Of a stretch of 64,000 nt of DNA, positions 23,557-38,444 are shown in pieces; position 1 is the first letter of the stretch, and each line of letters starts with the position of its first letter. Location of the stretch: the NCBI RefSeq assembly GCF_031769215.1, contig NW_026782147.1:620001-684000 (forward strand), read 5' to 3'. The position numbers were made by a program, and so were the translations under genes. Below the pieces are notes generated by a model, which did not search any database, was not told the origin of the DNA, and saw only the letters and a list, made by a program, of their open reading frames with translations. This stretch comes from Ylistrum balloti. Taxonomy: Eukaryota.

Positions 23557-24581
23557 GATGTATATTCTGTGTGAAATACTTAACGATGCCGGATATAACA
23601 TGTGTAACAAGTTTTATTCAATGGACATTTTCACTCCTTAGTTGGTCAAGTACTTCCTGTGTGTATCATTTAAGGAAATTTTTATTTGGACATTTCATTT
23701 GAGGAAAAGCAAAAATTAAGAATTATGACTCACAAGTGAATAGCAATTTTGAATACAATTTTAACATAAGATTAGAATACAGCCAAATATAATTCGTCAG
23801 TGATGCTGAGGTCTCGAAAGAAATATCAAAATCTGGATTGGCGGTAACCTTGTCACATTATAACTCAGTAATGTATTTTTGTTATATCTTCACGAGATAC
23901 GTATGTTTGTGAGTTTTTTTTAATATAATAACTTACACTAGTCTAGCCATTCTCTAATGGACAGAGCAGTCACATTTATTCCGACAACAGGTCATTTATA
24001 TTTTCTTATCCATTCAAACACATAGAAATGTGTACTGTTTCAGATTTTTGTTTTGACTCTACACATGTTCAGTAAATGTTATCACAAGATGTCAACATAA
24101 TTGTTATACTATACATCGCCACAACATCTCGGAGTAATTTCCGACCATCTTCGGAAATGCTACTAATTCAACACTTGAAACTACGATAGGCTTTTGGTGT
24201 AGATGGTGTTCACGCGGAAATGTTACGATATAGTTTTTGTATGAAGTCACTTTTGACCATACCTAGCAAATTCGTGGAAAGGGGATATGATTAAGCGCTT
24301 AATCCATTTGCATAACATAACAGACGGACTCCCGGAAATAACTCGCAGACATTGTACTGTGGTGTCACTCTCCTATCGGTGCCATGTTAAGTATACAATT
24401 ACTGGTACTATTGACTCTGTAACTTTTGCAACGTTTATTATCATGCCATACCGATATATATATATACATTTCACTGTTACAAGGGACATATAATACTGTT
24501 ATATACGTCCTTGTTGTTACGTAGCAGAGTGAAAAAGTCCGCCGCATGTTTCGAGCGTGCCTTTACTTACGCATGTGAGAT

Positions 24582-24774
24582 CACAGGCACTCGAAGCCAG
24601 GATATTATTTTTTAAACATTGATTTTTGTTTTAGCACTCATGACTGACGTTATTTAAACGAAATATCAGCAGAATTAAAGTTTATGTGCCGGTTGACAAA
24701 TCCGAGGTCCACGGTCATTAAAAATATTTTGTTATTATGTTTAAAAAATAATATCCTGGCCTCGAGTGCCTGTG
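24582..24774. repeat. 37-bp near-perfect inverted repeat with ~120-bp loop
   Basis: cacaggcactcgaagccaggatattattttttaaaca (24582-24618) versus tgtttaaaaaataatatcctggcctcgagtgcctgtg (24738-24774), 1 mismatch. Confidence 0.9.
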
Positions 24775-27356
24775 TGTGAGATAGGTAGACATTAGACAGT
24801 GCCTGTGTTCGCCCAGTCAGCCTTCGGTCAGACAAGACTTCCCATCCACACACCCATGTAATCAAATGGACATTCCTTTGTTTTGATTGTCTTTTCCAGT
24901 AACCATTAAATCTAGGTATCTAATGTTCTGAATACACGACATGCCTACAAATAATTTTGTGAGATGAAAGACACACTTTCAGTGGATCTTGCCCGAGACG
25001 GGAGCTTTAAAATTTGACGCCATTAAACGTACTTATAATGAAATAACTTGTGTGCATTTTAGTAGCGAGGCGGACGAACTCCTAGTAAAGAGTTTGAAAA
25101 GAACATAATGGCAGTAATTATGAATGGAGACGCCAGCAAAACGTTATACTATATCACTTGAATTTCGCGCGTTTTAGGATGCCTTCGCGAAATAAAGTCT
25201 GTTAGAAATATGGCTCTTATGAAGATTTGACCAAACTTTTGAGATTTGAGAATCTCAAAATAATGAACATCGAAATTTTGTATTTAGCATAAAAATAATG
25301 AATATATCTGAAATTGAAAAAAAAAAGTTGTTTCTGTTGCTGTGGTATCAGAAAGACCGACACATTAAGCTGTTCCATGGTAGTAGTTTTTAGGCTGGCG
25401 CACTGACTGTTATTTCTGTGTCTGTAAAATTTTAACTAACAAAGGAATAGAGGCTTTAAACTTGGTAAATTGAATTATAAAAGATAATATTTGGTGTCGT
25501 GAAGATTAATTGCAGGGCAAAAATGTTATTATTGGCCTTTCTTACATGGTAAATTTATGAGTGAATCACTGAGAAACGGAGAGTAAGTACAAGGAGAATA
25601 AGACCAGGCGTTCCTAAAATGTAAGCTCTTCTGCTTGATGTAACGTTCCCAAGCAACAACGGAACCATCAGAACCCTCCGGCATCTTATATAATTATTGA
25701 GCACCAAACACATCCACCTTAATACTACCATTCTGATTTCCAAGAGTTACTGCCCTTTGTTTCACGTTCAGTATAGTGATAAGCTTGCTAGACAATGGAG
25801 GCCAAGAATGCATGTTGTACATGAATATAGAATATTTCCCAATATGGTCATTATGATGACCTTAAAACTTCCCCATGATTATCATCAACCTTTAAAGATG
25901 CATTGACTAAAATAATCAGAAGTAATAATTCAATCTAGTGCTTTTCGTCCCCTTTCTTTCTACCTAACAAAGTTGTAGCATTAAGAGAATTTTCATGTCT
26001 GTGGGCCTTTACTAAAAAAAAAACAAAAATGAAAAAAAACAATTTATTTTCATATCACAGTCACTTTATTGACTTACATATCAAACATGAGTACAGGAAA
26101 TATCTCAAGTTAACATATACTTCAGGGCTGAATAATCATACTATACACAAGTATTCTGCTTGCGTAGGAGGATGGAGAGAATCCAGGGTAAGGAAGACTA
26201 TAGTACTCACCCAGTGGAAACCAATGTTTTCTTTATTGGAGTGAGGGGAATCCCCACATGGTATGAGGAGCCATCTACTTACATGAATAAAGGAATATTT
26301 CTCCTTTCCATGACTGAGAAGAATTTCAGAACTTATGGAAAAAAATTTATTGGAAGTAAATCAAGCACATTAACACTCAATTATATACTACTAGTCTCAT
26401 ATATACAAGTACTACTTTAAAAATGAGTGTGTGACTTTATATGGTATGTAGGTGCTGTCATCACCAAATATGCATATCCCTCCCCTCTCCCCTGACCCTT
26501 CCCACAAACACACATTTCTTCCAATCCCACATATATTGATATATCCCCACAAGAAATTCATTACATAACAACAATATTTAGCTGTTCCTATTACATACTC
26601 ATACGACAAGCTTCCGTTTCATGAATATATCAAAAAACATTTTTTTCCTAAAAAATTCATCAATAAGAATTGTCATTATCAAATAATTGTTCTCTTTACA
26701 TGAAAATACAGTCATTACATTTCCTATCATAGCTATTATGTAACTACAGAGACATCAGATACTTACAGTACAACACAAGTTGTTTGATGAAGGTAGCCAT
26801 CTTTTGGAGGTTGTTTTATTTGCTTTTTTTTATTTTATATTGAATACAATCGTGATACGATGATACTGCAAAAAAATGAAACTTACAGGGAAAACCGATA
26901 TCTGTTTCACCATGTGCAAAAAATCATTCCTAATTTTGTTTCTAGCGATTGGAAAAACTGCAAAAATCAGAATTATTGAAAACGTGCCATCTTGGCAGAC
27001 AATGTACATCGTCAAGTTCGACACAACTGTTCCAGGGACTGTTTACCTTAAATTGGTACATCACTCTCGGCAGATCTTCATAATGACATGAAATCATGTA
27101 CCATGTAAAACATATAGCTATCATCATGTGATATGTCAACAAAAATAAGATTAATTTCTCCCAATATTTACAAATAACTAGTGACACCGTATGTGAAATG
27201 AGCATGTCACATGATTTTTCAAAAAAAAAAAAAATACATGACCATGCACAGTGATACCTCTATCTCTTATATACATGACATTAACAACATAAGGAAATGT
27301 TATCATCAACATCATAATTTGAAATGTCATTAGACAAATTATCAATACAGAAAATT

Positions 27357-27983
27357 GACCAGGTATAGCCAGCCATTGCCTTGTTTCATACTTTCACAAA
27401 GTCACAGGGTTAGGTATAGCCAGCAACAGCCTTGTTTCATACTTTCACAAGGTCACATAAGACCAGGTATAGCCAGCCATAGCTTTGTTCCATACTTTCA
27501 CAAAGTCACATATGGCAAGGTATAGCCAGCATTAGCTTTGTGCCATACTTTCACAAAGTCACATATGGCCAGGTATAGCCAGCCATAGCTTTGTTCCATA
27601 CTTTCACAAAGTCACATATGGCCAGGTATAGCCAGCCATAGCTTTGTTCCATACTTTCACAAAGTCACATATGGCCAGGTATAGCCAGCCATAGCTTTGT
27701 TCCATACTTTCACAAGGTCACATATGGCCAGGTATAGCCAGCCATAGCTTTGTTCCATACTTTCACAAGGTCACATAAGACCAGGTATAGCCAGCCATAG
27801 CCTTGTTCCATACTTTCACAAGGTCACATATGGCCAGGTATAGCTGGCCAAATCCTTGTTCCATTTATATGGTTACACATCATAAGGTCACACCTAACAA
27901 GGTTAAGCTGGCTGTAGTCTTGTTTCGTAGTTCTGAAAGGTCACACAATACAAGGTCACACACGACTAGATATAGCTGGTTGA
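27357..27983 (+). repeat. 53-bp minisatellite, ~11 copies
   Basis: ccaggtatagccagccatagctttgttccatactttcacaaagtcacatatgg; period 27569 to 27622. Confidence 0.95.
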
Positions 27984-30629
27984 AGTAAATAGATCACATT
28001 AATCTGCAGTCTATAACACGTTTCTATAAAATCATTATTTTTCATAGGATTTTCATTAATTTCAAAGGTACACTTAATGTACATGCAAATTAAAATTTCC
28101 ACAAACTGTTAAAATTAGTTGGCAATCAGTGAGCTATATATTTATTCTTGAAATTAAATGTTTACAAATTTTTTTTTTTTTTAAATTGACTCCTACAAAA
28201 ATTAATTATTGTACAATATTGTCTTTACATTCCACATCAGTGTGGACCCGAATGAAATGAATTGTTTGATACCTATAAACAATACAAACATGTAAGCGCA
28301 GAATGACTAGTGAGACAAAACCATAACACCGCATGGAATGATGACAGAATATTCATTGAATTTTAAAAATTAAAACATCTTGAATGAATTCAACCAGATT
28401 CAAGATTAATCACCTAATCATAAATGGACAAAGTTTAATAGGTCAAAATCACAGAAATCAAAGATCTAATGAAGCAAATCTGTAAACATTACACTTGGAT
28501 TAAGAGTTACGAAATTTCATTTATGACTTGAAAAATAAGGAGAGATCCCAAAGGACCGTGGCACCAACTGTCATTTGATTTATATTAAGTTCTTGACAAA
28601 GATGGACCCTTTTTCGACTTTTCTCACCTTCTGTTTTTGCTCTTAATTATGTGAATTGTAAAATTCCTCTAACAAAATAATGACAAAAATTTTCAATTGC
28701 CAAATTCAAAATGGCGGCCTGTTAGAGATTTTGTTTTCCTAATCGGTCCCAAGATAACAAACAAAATGAAGGATCAACGGGAACCTACATATGAAATTTG
28801 AAAAAGATAAAAAAATAAAAAACTAATGTATTCAATTTCATAGTTTGATACAAACAGAAAAATAAATATGAAATCGTTTGACAGGATTGTAATGTTAATT
28901 TCCTTGATGTCAAATATAGGCTTTTACAATGAAAAAAAATATCACAATGACAACACTCTGATGTCACATTGACATCACATAATTATCAATGACATCATTG
29001 GTATATTACACTAACATCCTTCTAAGATTACTGACAATAAAAGTCTATGATCCTACATCAACACAAGCAAAATGCAGTATTCAAAATTGAAAATACTATA
29101 ATCTTTCCAGAAATTGTAACAAAAATCTAAAATTAAAACAAAATTTTTAAAAAAAGCTTTGAATGCGTTGCAAGTCGGATAACAAGTAGTACACACTTTG
29201 ATATGATACTGATAACACCACATGGCAACTTAATTTTCCTGTCAAAGTAAAAAATGAAATTATACATGGGAACATGATCTGTCTTTTTTAGGCCGTATTC
29301 ATCCAGTACGTGCTCCTGTCCATGTAAGCTAAACTCACCATTTTCACTAAGAGAGCTGAAAACTGTGTGTTGAATTAAATCCTGATGAAAGATTACTTAC
29401 CTCACAGATCTCAATATTCAGTATTCTAATTCTTTGACTCCTGTATACACTATTGCATATATGACAATGAAAATGCCCCGAATTGATGCCTCGGGAAAAC
29501 TCTGAAGGTTGCCATAGAAACTGTGAAAATGTCAAATATTAAGGGTCAATTTTATGCACTATTACCAGTATTCTAAATCCATCAAAAAATCCTTACCTTA
29601 AGAATAGGTCCAAGGGGCCTGTATAACTCACTTGGCTAATTATCGTAAATTTTCAGACTTTTGAAAAAGAATTTCAAATATGACAAATAACTTCTGAAAT
29701 AATTTCCATATTGGGTCGCTGTCGAGATTCACCAGTCATAAAATAGCTCGAGACCAAACTTGGACAATACCTTTGAATGGAAGGATTTCTAAGAATTTAC
29801 ATTTCCTTTGTTGGGTCCCACATCTTTAATGTCAGACTCCTGGTTGATACAAGGCATTTCCACAAAAGAAGAAATTTTCTCTTTTTTCCCCTATTGGGCC
29901 CCACCCCTCTCACCCCAAGAGGCTAAGAACTGCTATTTAAACAGCTGATTTCAGTTATCAAGTATGTTTTAGACCAAAATGAGACATCCACACATTTCTA
30001 CTGAAGAAAAACATTTAAAAAAAAAAATTTGCTCTATTACCCATATCGGTCCATGCCACTCCTACCCTAAGCAACAGAGGACAACTTTTTACCAAAAAGA
30101 GATTCCACTTTATAGCCATGGATGCTTCAGAACAAATCAGAACAGAATCTTGATATTTCTACAGAAGAAGAATCTTTAGATATATTTGCCCTTTTTTGGC
30201 ACTGTCTCTCCTGTCCCAGAGAGCTGGCCCAATAACCCATGGTTGCTTCCAACCAAATTTGTGCAAAATCATCAAAATAAGCAATTCTTTCCCCAAAAGT
30301 TACAATTTCCTAATATAAGATTTAATTATCCAGGAAAATTTTTCAGTCATACCGTTTTATTTTTTTGTTTTTCTATTTTGTGATATATTAAATAAAAGAA
30401 TATGGTGACTATATGTGCATGGCATGAACACCAGAATCCACATTTTACTAAATACCTATGATTCTTATACAGGACAGAATTGAGATTGTAAAAAATTTTT
30501 TCAAAAATCTGAGTTATTTTTACATCATTTTACTTAAATACGATATGTACATTGTAAAATGTATGTGCAAACTCTGACTTTATTTTTATTTTTTTTTCTC
30601 TATATCTTCTCGAAGAAATTTTCCTTTGG

Positions 30630-30831
30630 TTGTGATTTCATCCTTGGGCAAGACATGTAATCACTATTACTCTGAATGGCATATAATGGGCCTCCTGCAT
30701 GTTGTTCAGTGTGGTAGTCACCAGTTACCACAAGGAGACCCCAGCTCAAATGACCCTGACTGTTTATATGGCAATAAACCAAGCAAACAAACACACAAAT
30801 ACACAAACAAACAAACAAACAAACAAAAAAA
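30630..30831 (+). mobile_element. SINE 3' part (V/Meta-type core motif, (CAAA)n tail)
   Basis: tccttgggcaagaca at 30641-30655; tail of caaa repeats to 30831. Confidence 0.55.
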
Positions 30832-32386
30832 GTCCTTTGGTACAGATTGGTTCAGGTATATCAACAACTAAAAACAAATCAACATGTGAGCTCATTAAAT
30901 AAAGTGGGTGAGAAATTCTCACAAAAAATACACATGACTTATTAGGCTCTTCTCCTGTCACCTCTTTAATCATAAACATTTGGTTCCTCTCAAAACAAAA
31001 TACATCTCTCTTACTCTATGCTTTGCAATGTGACCCCTTTAATTCCTAAACAAACATTTGTAAGTGATGTTTTTGTTTCAGCAACAAGTACAGTGCACAT
31101 CATGATCTTCTGGATGCCACTGTTAATGGTTCTATTTAGCCAGTGTTGTGAGGTTTTCTAGGCAAATGACCATCACTGGACAAGAATCAATAGTGACCAC
31201 TACCATATAAAGAGAGCGACTTTTGAGATACAATGCCTTTTGACACAAAGACAACTGGTGTTTAAACTGTTGTCACATCAAAGTTAATTGTCATTAAACT
31301 ATAGTAGTACTGATATATTCTGACAGTTGAGATTAAATGGAGAGAAGTATTGCTTTTCAAAAATAAATGAAATAAATAAAAGTAAACAAAATTGCATAGC
31401 TTGTAAGCAAAAAAGCAGAAGGTGCTAAATTGTGTTAAATGATCCTCTCTCTTTCCCTTCCTCCTTCTCTCCTTCAATCACTAATGTAAGTACCATATTT
31501 GAATTAGAAAAATGTCACAGAGATCCAAGAAAAAACATCAAGGTCACAGACAAAACTATCCTGGCCATAGAAAAAGGTCACAGACATATGTCACAGCTAA
31601 GCCAACTCTGGACCAGTGTTGTAGAGTCTGGGATGAAACAGACCTGGAAACTGACGTTTAAGTTTGGCTGATCGGGTTTTTAGTGATCTCATCACATATA
31701 AATTTACTGTCAAAATTTCCAGATAACAAATTGTCAGCAGAAAACATCTGCAGTGATAGATTTCTATATACAAGTGACAAATACATCAGCTACAACAAAA
31801 CATGACACACAGAAATTAATCCGGTAAACAAACACAAAATATGGAGATTTTAAGGAAAAAGAGAATGTAGAGGAAAGACATTTTGTGTTTGTAGGTTTCT
31901 AGTTGACTTACTATAAAAACTCACCAAATATGATATAATTAAAGAGAATCTTAAATTTGTTTCCATTTCATATGAAATTAATGTCCAAGACATTTTTCAT
32001 GAACAGCTCCTCAGCTTACTAAGTAAAATGTACAATGTCACAAACCTGATATGACATGGAAATGAACGCATGATTCTGTCAATCATAATCAATTAACCTG
32101 ATACAAATTAGGTGATTTCTCAATTTAAATTTCCTTCTTTGGTAATATGACAATGTACATAATGTCATAATGTAATCCTTCAGCCAATCAAAGCCCTGCT
32201 AGGTCATATAAGATATACATCATAACATAAATTCATGTAAAGGGTATTATTACACTGATAAGAGTGTAGTTATGTGATAGACATATCTACTTAAGGAGAC
32301 TGGTTATGTATCATTTGTGTCACAGAGGTCAACCACCCAGGTATGACATTAACAATCTGATCAGATCAAAAGTAAAATTAAAGGTG

Positions 32387-34156
32387 ACAGTATTAAGTCA
32401 CAAGGTCTATCTACACAGTATTAAGTCACAAGGTCTACCTACACAGTATTAAGTCACAAGGTCTATCTACACAGTATTATGTCACAAGGTCTACCTACAC
32501 AGTATTAAGTCACAAGGTCTATCTACACAGTATTATGTCACAAGGTCTACCTACACAGTATTAAGTCACAAGGTCTACCTACACAGGTCACCTACACAGT
32601 ATTATGTCACAAGGTCTATCTACACAGTATTATGTCACAAGGTCTACCTACACAGTATTAAACCACAAGGTCTACCTACACAGTATTATGTCACAAGGTC
32701 AACCTACACAGTATTAAGTCACAAGGTCTACCTACACAGGTCATCTACACAGTATTGTGTCACAAGGTCTACCTACACAGTATTAAACCACAAGGTCTAC
32801 CTACACAGCATTAAACCACAAGGTCTACCTACAAAGTATTAAACCACAAGGTCTACCTACACAGTATTAAGTCATAAGGTCTACCTACACAGTATTAAGT
32901 CACAAGGTCTACCTACAAAGTATTAAACCACAAGGTCTACCTACACAGTATTAAGTCACAAGGTCTACCTACACAGCATTAAACCACAAGGTCTACCTAC
33001 ACAGTATTAAGTCACAAGGTCTACCTACAAAGTATTAAACCACAAGGTCTACCTACACAGTATTAAGTCACAAGGTCTACCTACACAGCATTAAACCACA
33101 AGGTCTACCTACACAGTATTAAGTCACAAGGTCTACCTACACAGTATTATGTCACAAGGTCTACCTACACAGTATTAAACCACAAGGTCTACCTACACAG
33201 TATTAAGTCACAAGGTCAACCTACACAGTATTAAGTCACAAGGTCTACCTACACAGGTCATCTACACAGTATTGTGTCACAAGGTCTACCTACACAGTAT
33301 TAAACCACAAGGTCTACCTACACAGCATTAAACCACAAGGTCTACCTACAAAGTATTAAACCACAAGGTCTACCTACACAGTATTAAGTCATAAGGTCTA
33401 CCTACACAGTATTAAGTCACAAGGTCTACCTACAAAGTATTAAACCACAAGGTCTACCTACACAGTATTAAGTCACAAGGTCTACCTACACAGCATTAAA
33501 CCACAAGGTCTACCTACACAGTATTAAGTCACAAGGTCTACCTACAAAGTATTAAACCACAAGGTCTACCTACACAGTATTAAGTCACAAGGTCTACCTA
33601 CAAAGTATTAAACCACAAGGTCTACCTACACAGTATTAAGTCACAAGGTCTACCTACACAGCATTAAACCACAAGGTCTACCTACACAGTATTAAGTCAC
33701 AAGGTCTACCTACAAAGCATTAAACCACAAGGTCTACCTACACAGTATTAAGTCACAAGGTCTACCTACACAGCATTAAACCACAAGGTCTACCTACACA
33801 GTATTAAGTCACAAGGTCTACCTACAATGCATTAAACCACAAGGTCTACCTACACAGTATTAAGTCACAAGGTCTACCTACACAGCATTAAACCACAAGG
33901 TCTACCTACACAGTATTAAGTCACAAGGTCTACCTACAAAGTATTAAACCACAAGGTCTACCTACAAAGTATTAAGTCACAAGGTCTACCTACACAGTGT
34001 TAAGTCACAAGGTCTACCTACAAAGTATTAAACCACAAGGTCTACCTACACAGTATTAAGTCACAAGGTCTACCTACACAGGTCATCTACACAGTATTGT
34101 GTCACAAGGTCTACCTACAAAGTATTAAGTCACAAGGTCTACCTACACAGTATTAA
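32387..34156 (+). repeat. 28-bp satellite, ~62 copies, with higher-order structure
   Basis: caaggtctacctacacagtattaagtca; variants aagtca/aaacca alternate. Confidence 0.97.
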
Positions 34157-34221
34157 AAAAAGGACAAAATCTACAAATATGAAAAATTACAATAAATCAT
34201 CAAACTAAAATGAAGTGAAAA

Positions 34222-34335
34222 GATGGACAGATGGACAGACCGATAAACCAACAGATGGACAGATGGACAGACCGATAAACCAACAGATGGACAGACCGAT
34301 AAACCAACAGATGAATGGACTAAGAGATGGATGGA
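34222..34335 (+). repeat. short GATGGACA/ccgataaaccaaca tandem repeat
   Basis: 24/32-bp units. Confidence 0.85.
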
Positions 34336-34370
34336 TGGGGAATGACTGCTACATCTAGTCACTAGAAAGC

Positions 34371-34832
34371 CTGACCAGAGTGACCATTATACCTGAAGTC
34401 CATTGACAGCCTGGCCAAAGTGACCAGTACATGAACTGTCCATTGATAGCTGGGCCAAAGTGACCAGTACATGAACTGTCCATTGATAGCTGGGCCAAAG
34501 TGACCAGTACATGAACTGTCCATTGATAGCCTGGCCAAAGTGACCAGTACATGAACTGTCCATTGATAGCCTGGCCAAAGTGACCAGTACATGAACTGTA
34601 CATTGATAGCTGGGCAAAAGTGACCAGTACATGAACTGTCCATTGATAGCCTGGCCAAAGTGACCAGTACATGAACTGTACGTTGATAGCTGGGCAAAAG
34701 TGACCAGTACATGAACTGTCCATTGATAGTCTGGCCAAAGTGACCAGTACATGAACTGTCCATTGATAGCCAGGCAAAAGTGACCAGTACATGAACTGTC
34801 CATTGATAGCTGGGCAAAAGTGACCAGTACAT
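34371..34832 (+). repeat. 40-bp minisatellite, ~11.5 copies
   Basis: aaagtgaccagtacatgaactgtccattgatagc(c/t)(t/g)ggcc; period 34417 to 34457. Confidence 0.96.
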
Positions 34833-35819
34833 CTTCACTCCATTGATACCATATAGTTGGTTATTTTCGTTGGGGATAGTACTTTTTATTATTTTGCAGT
34901 ACATTAATGTTATTGTGAGAATTTATTCAGTAAAATAACGAGAGTGTGTTAGGTATCCTTTAACATCTAAATCTTGAAATGTAATTCGTTAAAATATTAT
35001 TCGGTTGTTGTAAAAGTAAACTTTAATTACCAGCTATATGGTATTCAGATACAAAGTAATAGGGAAGTCAAACATTGGTGTGAGGTGTCACTAGATAAGT
35101 TGTAGAGTCGTTTTACAACTTAATACATAGCATATTTGTTTACAGACATTGTTAAGTTAGATAAACAAAATGGGACTAACAGAAATACTTTACAGAACTA
35201 AAATGAGTGATAAGCCAGACTCTGACCGATATAAAGCTACAAAGCATTGCTGAAGACAAACAAAAATAGCCGACATTTAATTGAACATGCTGTTGAAGCA
35301 CAAATAGCTCAAGGAAAATGCTATAAATTAAAGTTATGTAAATACGGAAAAATAAAACATTATAAAACAATAAAAATCGGGAATAGAAATATTTCCGTGT
35401 AAGTATAACTACTGGAATTACTACAAGGATTATCATACATAGTACCCAGAAATATGGGATTTCACTTCAGATTGTCTCCCTGTTAAACCCGACTCCATAT
35501 AATATGCACTTATAGTCCCTTGGGTAACACTTACGGTAACATAAAATCAAAAAAAAAAAAGATGGACTTGTTTCAACATAGGGAAACAACACGTTTTGGC
35601 ACGCAATAGCTGTGAATTATCAGGCAGGGGTTTAATGCAGAAAAAATATGTTGAAAAAATCTAGGCAAAATGGCAAAAGTTTCTAAAATAATGCATTTAC
35701 ACAATACAGCAATAAATTTTATTCTGATGTTGAGATATTTTACATAGTAGCAACTGTGATGTTGTGACATACAACAATCCTGTGACAACATCAGTTATGG
35801 TGTAACAAACTAGCATCAA

Positions 35820-36100
35820 GAATGAAGAAAGGCAGTCAGTCCTTTTTCCTGTTGTTTACCAAGGGTGATTTACAAACATCGGTCTGTCTGACAAAGCCCA
35901 AAAAAGGCAGAAAGGTCGGACAATTGATCCTGGTTTTCTGTTGCTTACTAGAGGCGATGTATAAACAACGGTCTGTCTGACAAAGCCCAAGAAAGCAGAA
36001 AGTTAGATTATCAATCTTGTAGTCCTATTGTTTACTAGCGGTGACTTAAAAACATCAGTCTGTCTGATGAAGCCAAAGAAGACAAAAGATCTGGCAGTCA
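35820..36100 (+). repeat. degenerate ~88-bp tandem repeat, 3 copies
   Basis: gtctgtctga(c/t)aaagcc recurs three times. Confidence 0.7.
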
Positions 36101-38054
36101 GTGTGTTGTAGTATCGTACATATATATTTAAAACAAAGCTAATAATGAAATAAACAACAAATTACAAAATAAATAAACAAAACATTATCAAAGCCTGGAC
36201 ATCTTACAACAATTATTGATCACAAGTAAAATTATGCATAAATGATTAATAAAACTTGTTACATGAAATTAACATAATTATAAATTCTTATCGACTTTTT
36301 TCATCATAAATGTTATACACAGAATTTGTCCTGTTTGAGGACGTTAATAAGTCTCCATGTATATTATATTGGACAAGATATTCACTGTCCTTTGTGTCGA
36401 TGTGAAAATGTTGAATTTCCTGTACCTGTAAACATATTATCACATAGCCACTGCGGTCTGGATATCATGTCTGGTTTTCATCCATTTATGCTCCACAATC
36501 TACTGTATGTGTACTTATTTTAGCAATATTCTAATATCAGCACCTTTTGCGTTCATTGTGCTAATTCAAGTGCAGCGCTAAAATTTCTAAAATTATTAAT
36601 TAACTTTCATTGTAAATTTAATCACAGAACAAACCCAGCTAGGCAAAGTAAATCCTTATACCTATGAGCTTATGTTTGTGATGCATCCCTGTTACGATCA
36701 GGTGTAGATCGCTGGAGTGTTTGAATCTAGGCCATCTGAATACAAACACATACAAGCTTTTAAATCATTTGGATTGATCTTCACATTGTTATGAAAATAA
36801 AACTAAGTTTGGAACTACATTAGACTGGTAAACAGTCCTTGTAATTAAGAAGCAAAAAGTCATGACAGTCTATGAATAGGTCTGTAACACATCCTGCCAA
36901 GACTTACAGTGGATTTTCGTTATCTTCGCTTGAATTAAGATTGAGCTAACCCCCTCAAAGTGCTAAATCAAATACATATACAGTGTACAATTTCCGGTTA
37001 TATAATCACAGTATAGATTATTCAAAGACAAACAAACAGAAAACAATGAGATAATATAGTGTTTTACTCTAATAACGGTAAACAAAACAATAAAACATAC
37101 TAATTAATGCAAGGTCAGAGTTAAAATACTCTTTTATATTCCATATTCCTAAACGGAATCAAAAAAAATGTTCACATTTACTTTTTACGCTCAGAATTAA
37201 TTATTTAGCTTGCAACACTATATATACACAGATGCAAATAATCTACATTTTAGTTAAGTTTTTCAAACAGAAACAATTTTTGATAAAATGTCTTTCTTCA
37301 TGGGTTTTGGTCTGTTCAACAAAATATGTATTTTAATTCAGGCCTCCACTGTATTCTACAGAGACCACGAAGAATGGCACTAACTTTATAATTATTTTGG
37401 GCACATATTCCTTGCCCACGTCAATCTTAATTAATTCATTGGTAACTACAAGCAAAATTATCATGGCAGAAAAATAAACTTAACACAGAGAGGGTTTTTA
37501 AATCAACATCGACAAAGACATGCACAATTATTATTACAAGAAAATAAATTTTACAAAGAAAGCATTTAATTAACATTGACAAGCATTAATAAAATTACTC
37601 GAAAACAAATCTAACACAGAAAACTTTTTTAATCAGCTATGATAAGCACTGACTGACACATTCAATATTATGCAACCTTAGTCTGTAATTGGGATAACAA
37701 AAATGATGTCAGATATCACAAATGACGATCTACAACACAGCGTCATGTTCACATATATGTAGTACACATCATAAATATACAATTATCAAAACATAGAATG
37801 TCAAAACAGTTTTTGTTAATGACACTGTCAACAAAACTTTTAAAGCATTTAAGTTTCAACCACAACACTACTTTCATACTAGCATCCATGTTGTTTGAGT
37901 AAATTCTTGCTAATCAAAGCATTAACAAGATAAAACTCTAGCCCATATAAGCATTTCTAGTCCACACATACATTAAGCCTTTCTTATCAATAAATATAGT
38001 TTAAACAAATTTTTGTGGCACAATGAACTGATACATAAAGCATTTGCTACACTA

Positions 38055-38444
38055 GGTATCCATGGTTACAACAAAGTAGCTGTATCCATAGTAACAACAA
38101 AGTCGGATTTATATCCAAGGTTACAACAAAGTTGGATATGTATCCATGGTTACAACAAATTAAGTTGGAGTAGTGTCCATGGTTTCAACAAGTTAAATTG
38201 GAGTATCCGTGATTACAACAAGTTAAGTTGGAGTATTCATGGTAACAACAAATTAAGTTGGAGTATCTATGATTTCAACAAGTTAACTTGGAGTATCCAT
38301 GGTTACAACAAGTTAAGTTGGAGTATCCATGGTTACAACAAGTTAAGTTGGAGTATCCATGGTTACAACAAGTTAAGTTGGAGTATCCATGGTTACAACA
38401 AGTTAAGTTGGAGTATCCATGGTTACAACAAGTTAAGTTGGAGT
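38055..38444 (+). repeat. 30-bp minisatellite, ~13 copies, downstream of the BLTP3 stop
   Basis: gttggagtatccatggttacaacaagttaa. Confidence 0.95.

Larger units (their letters stand above)
20763..23655 (+). repeat. local duplication, unit B
   Basis: Direct paralogue of 10090-13343. Confidence 0.9.

Noticed and set aside
26830-27205. Cluster of overlapping short ORFs
   Set aside because: No recognisable motif or consistent splice sites.
34355-34904. Three long repetitive ORFs on the minus strand
   Set aside because: Read-through of a stop-free 40-bp minisatellite; no unique coding sequence.
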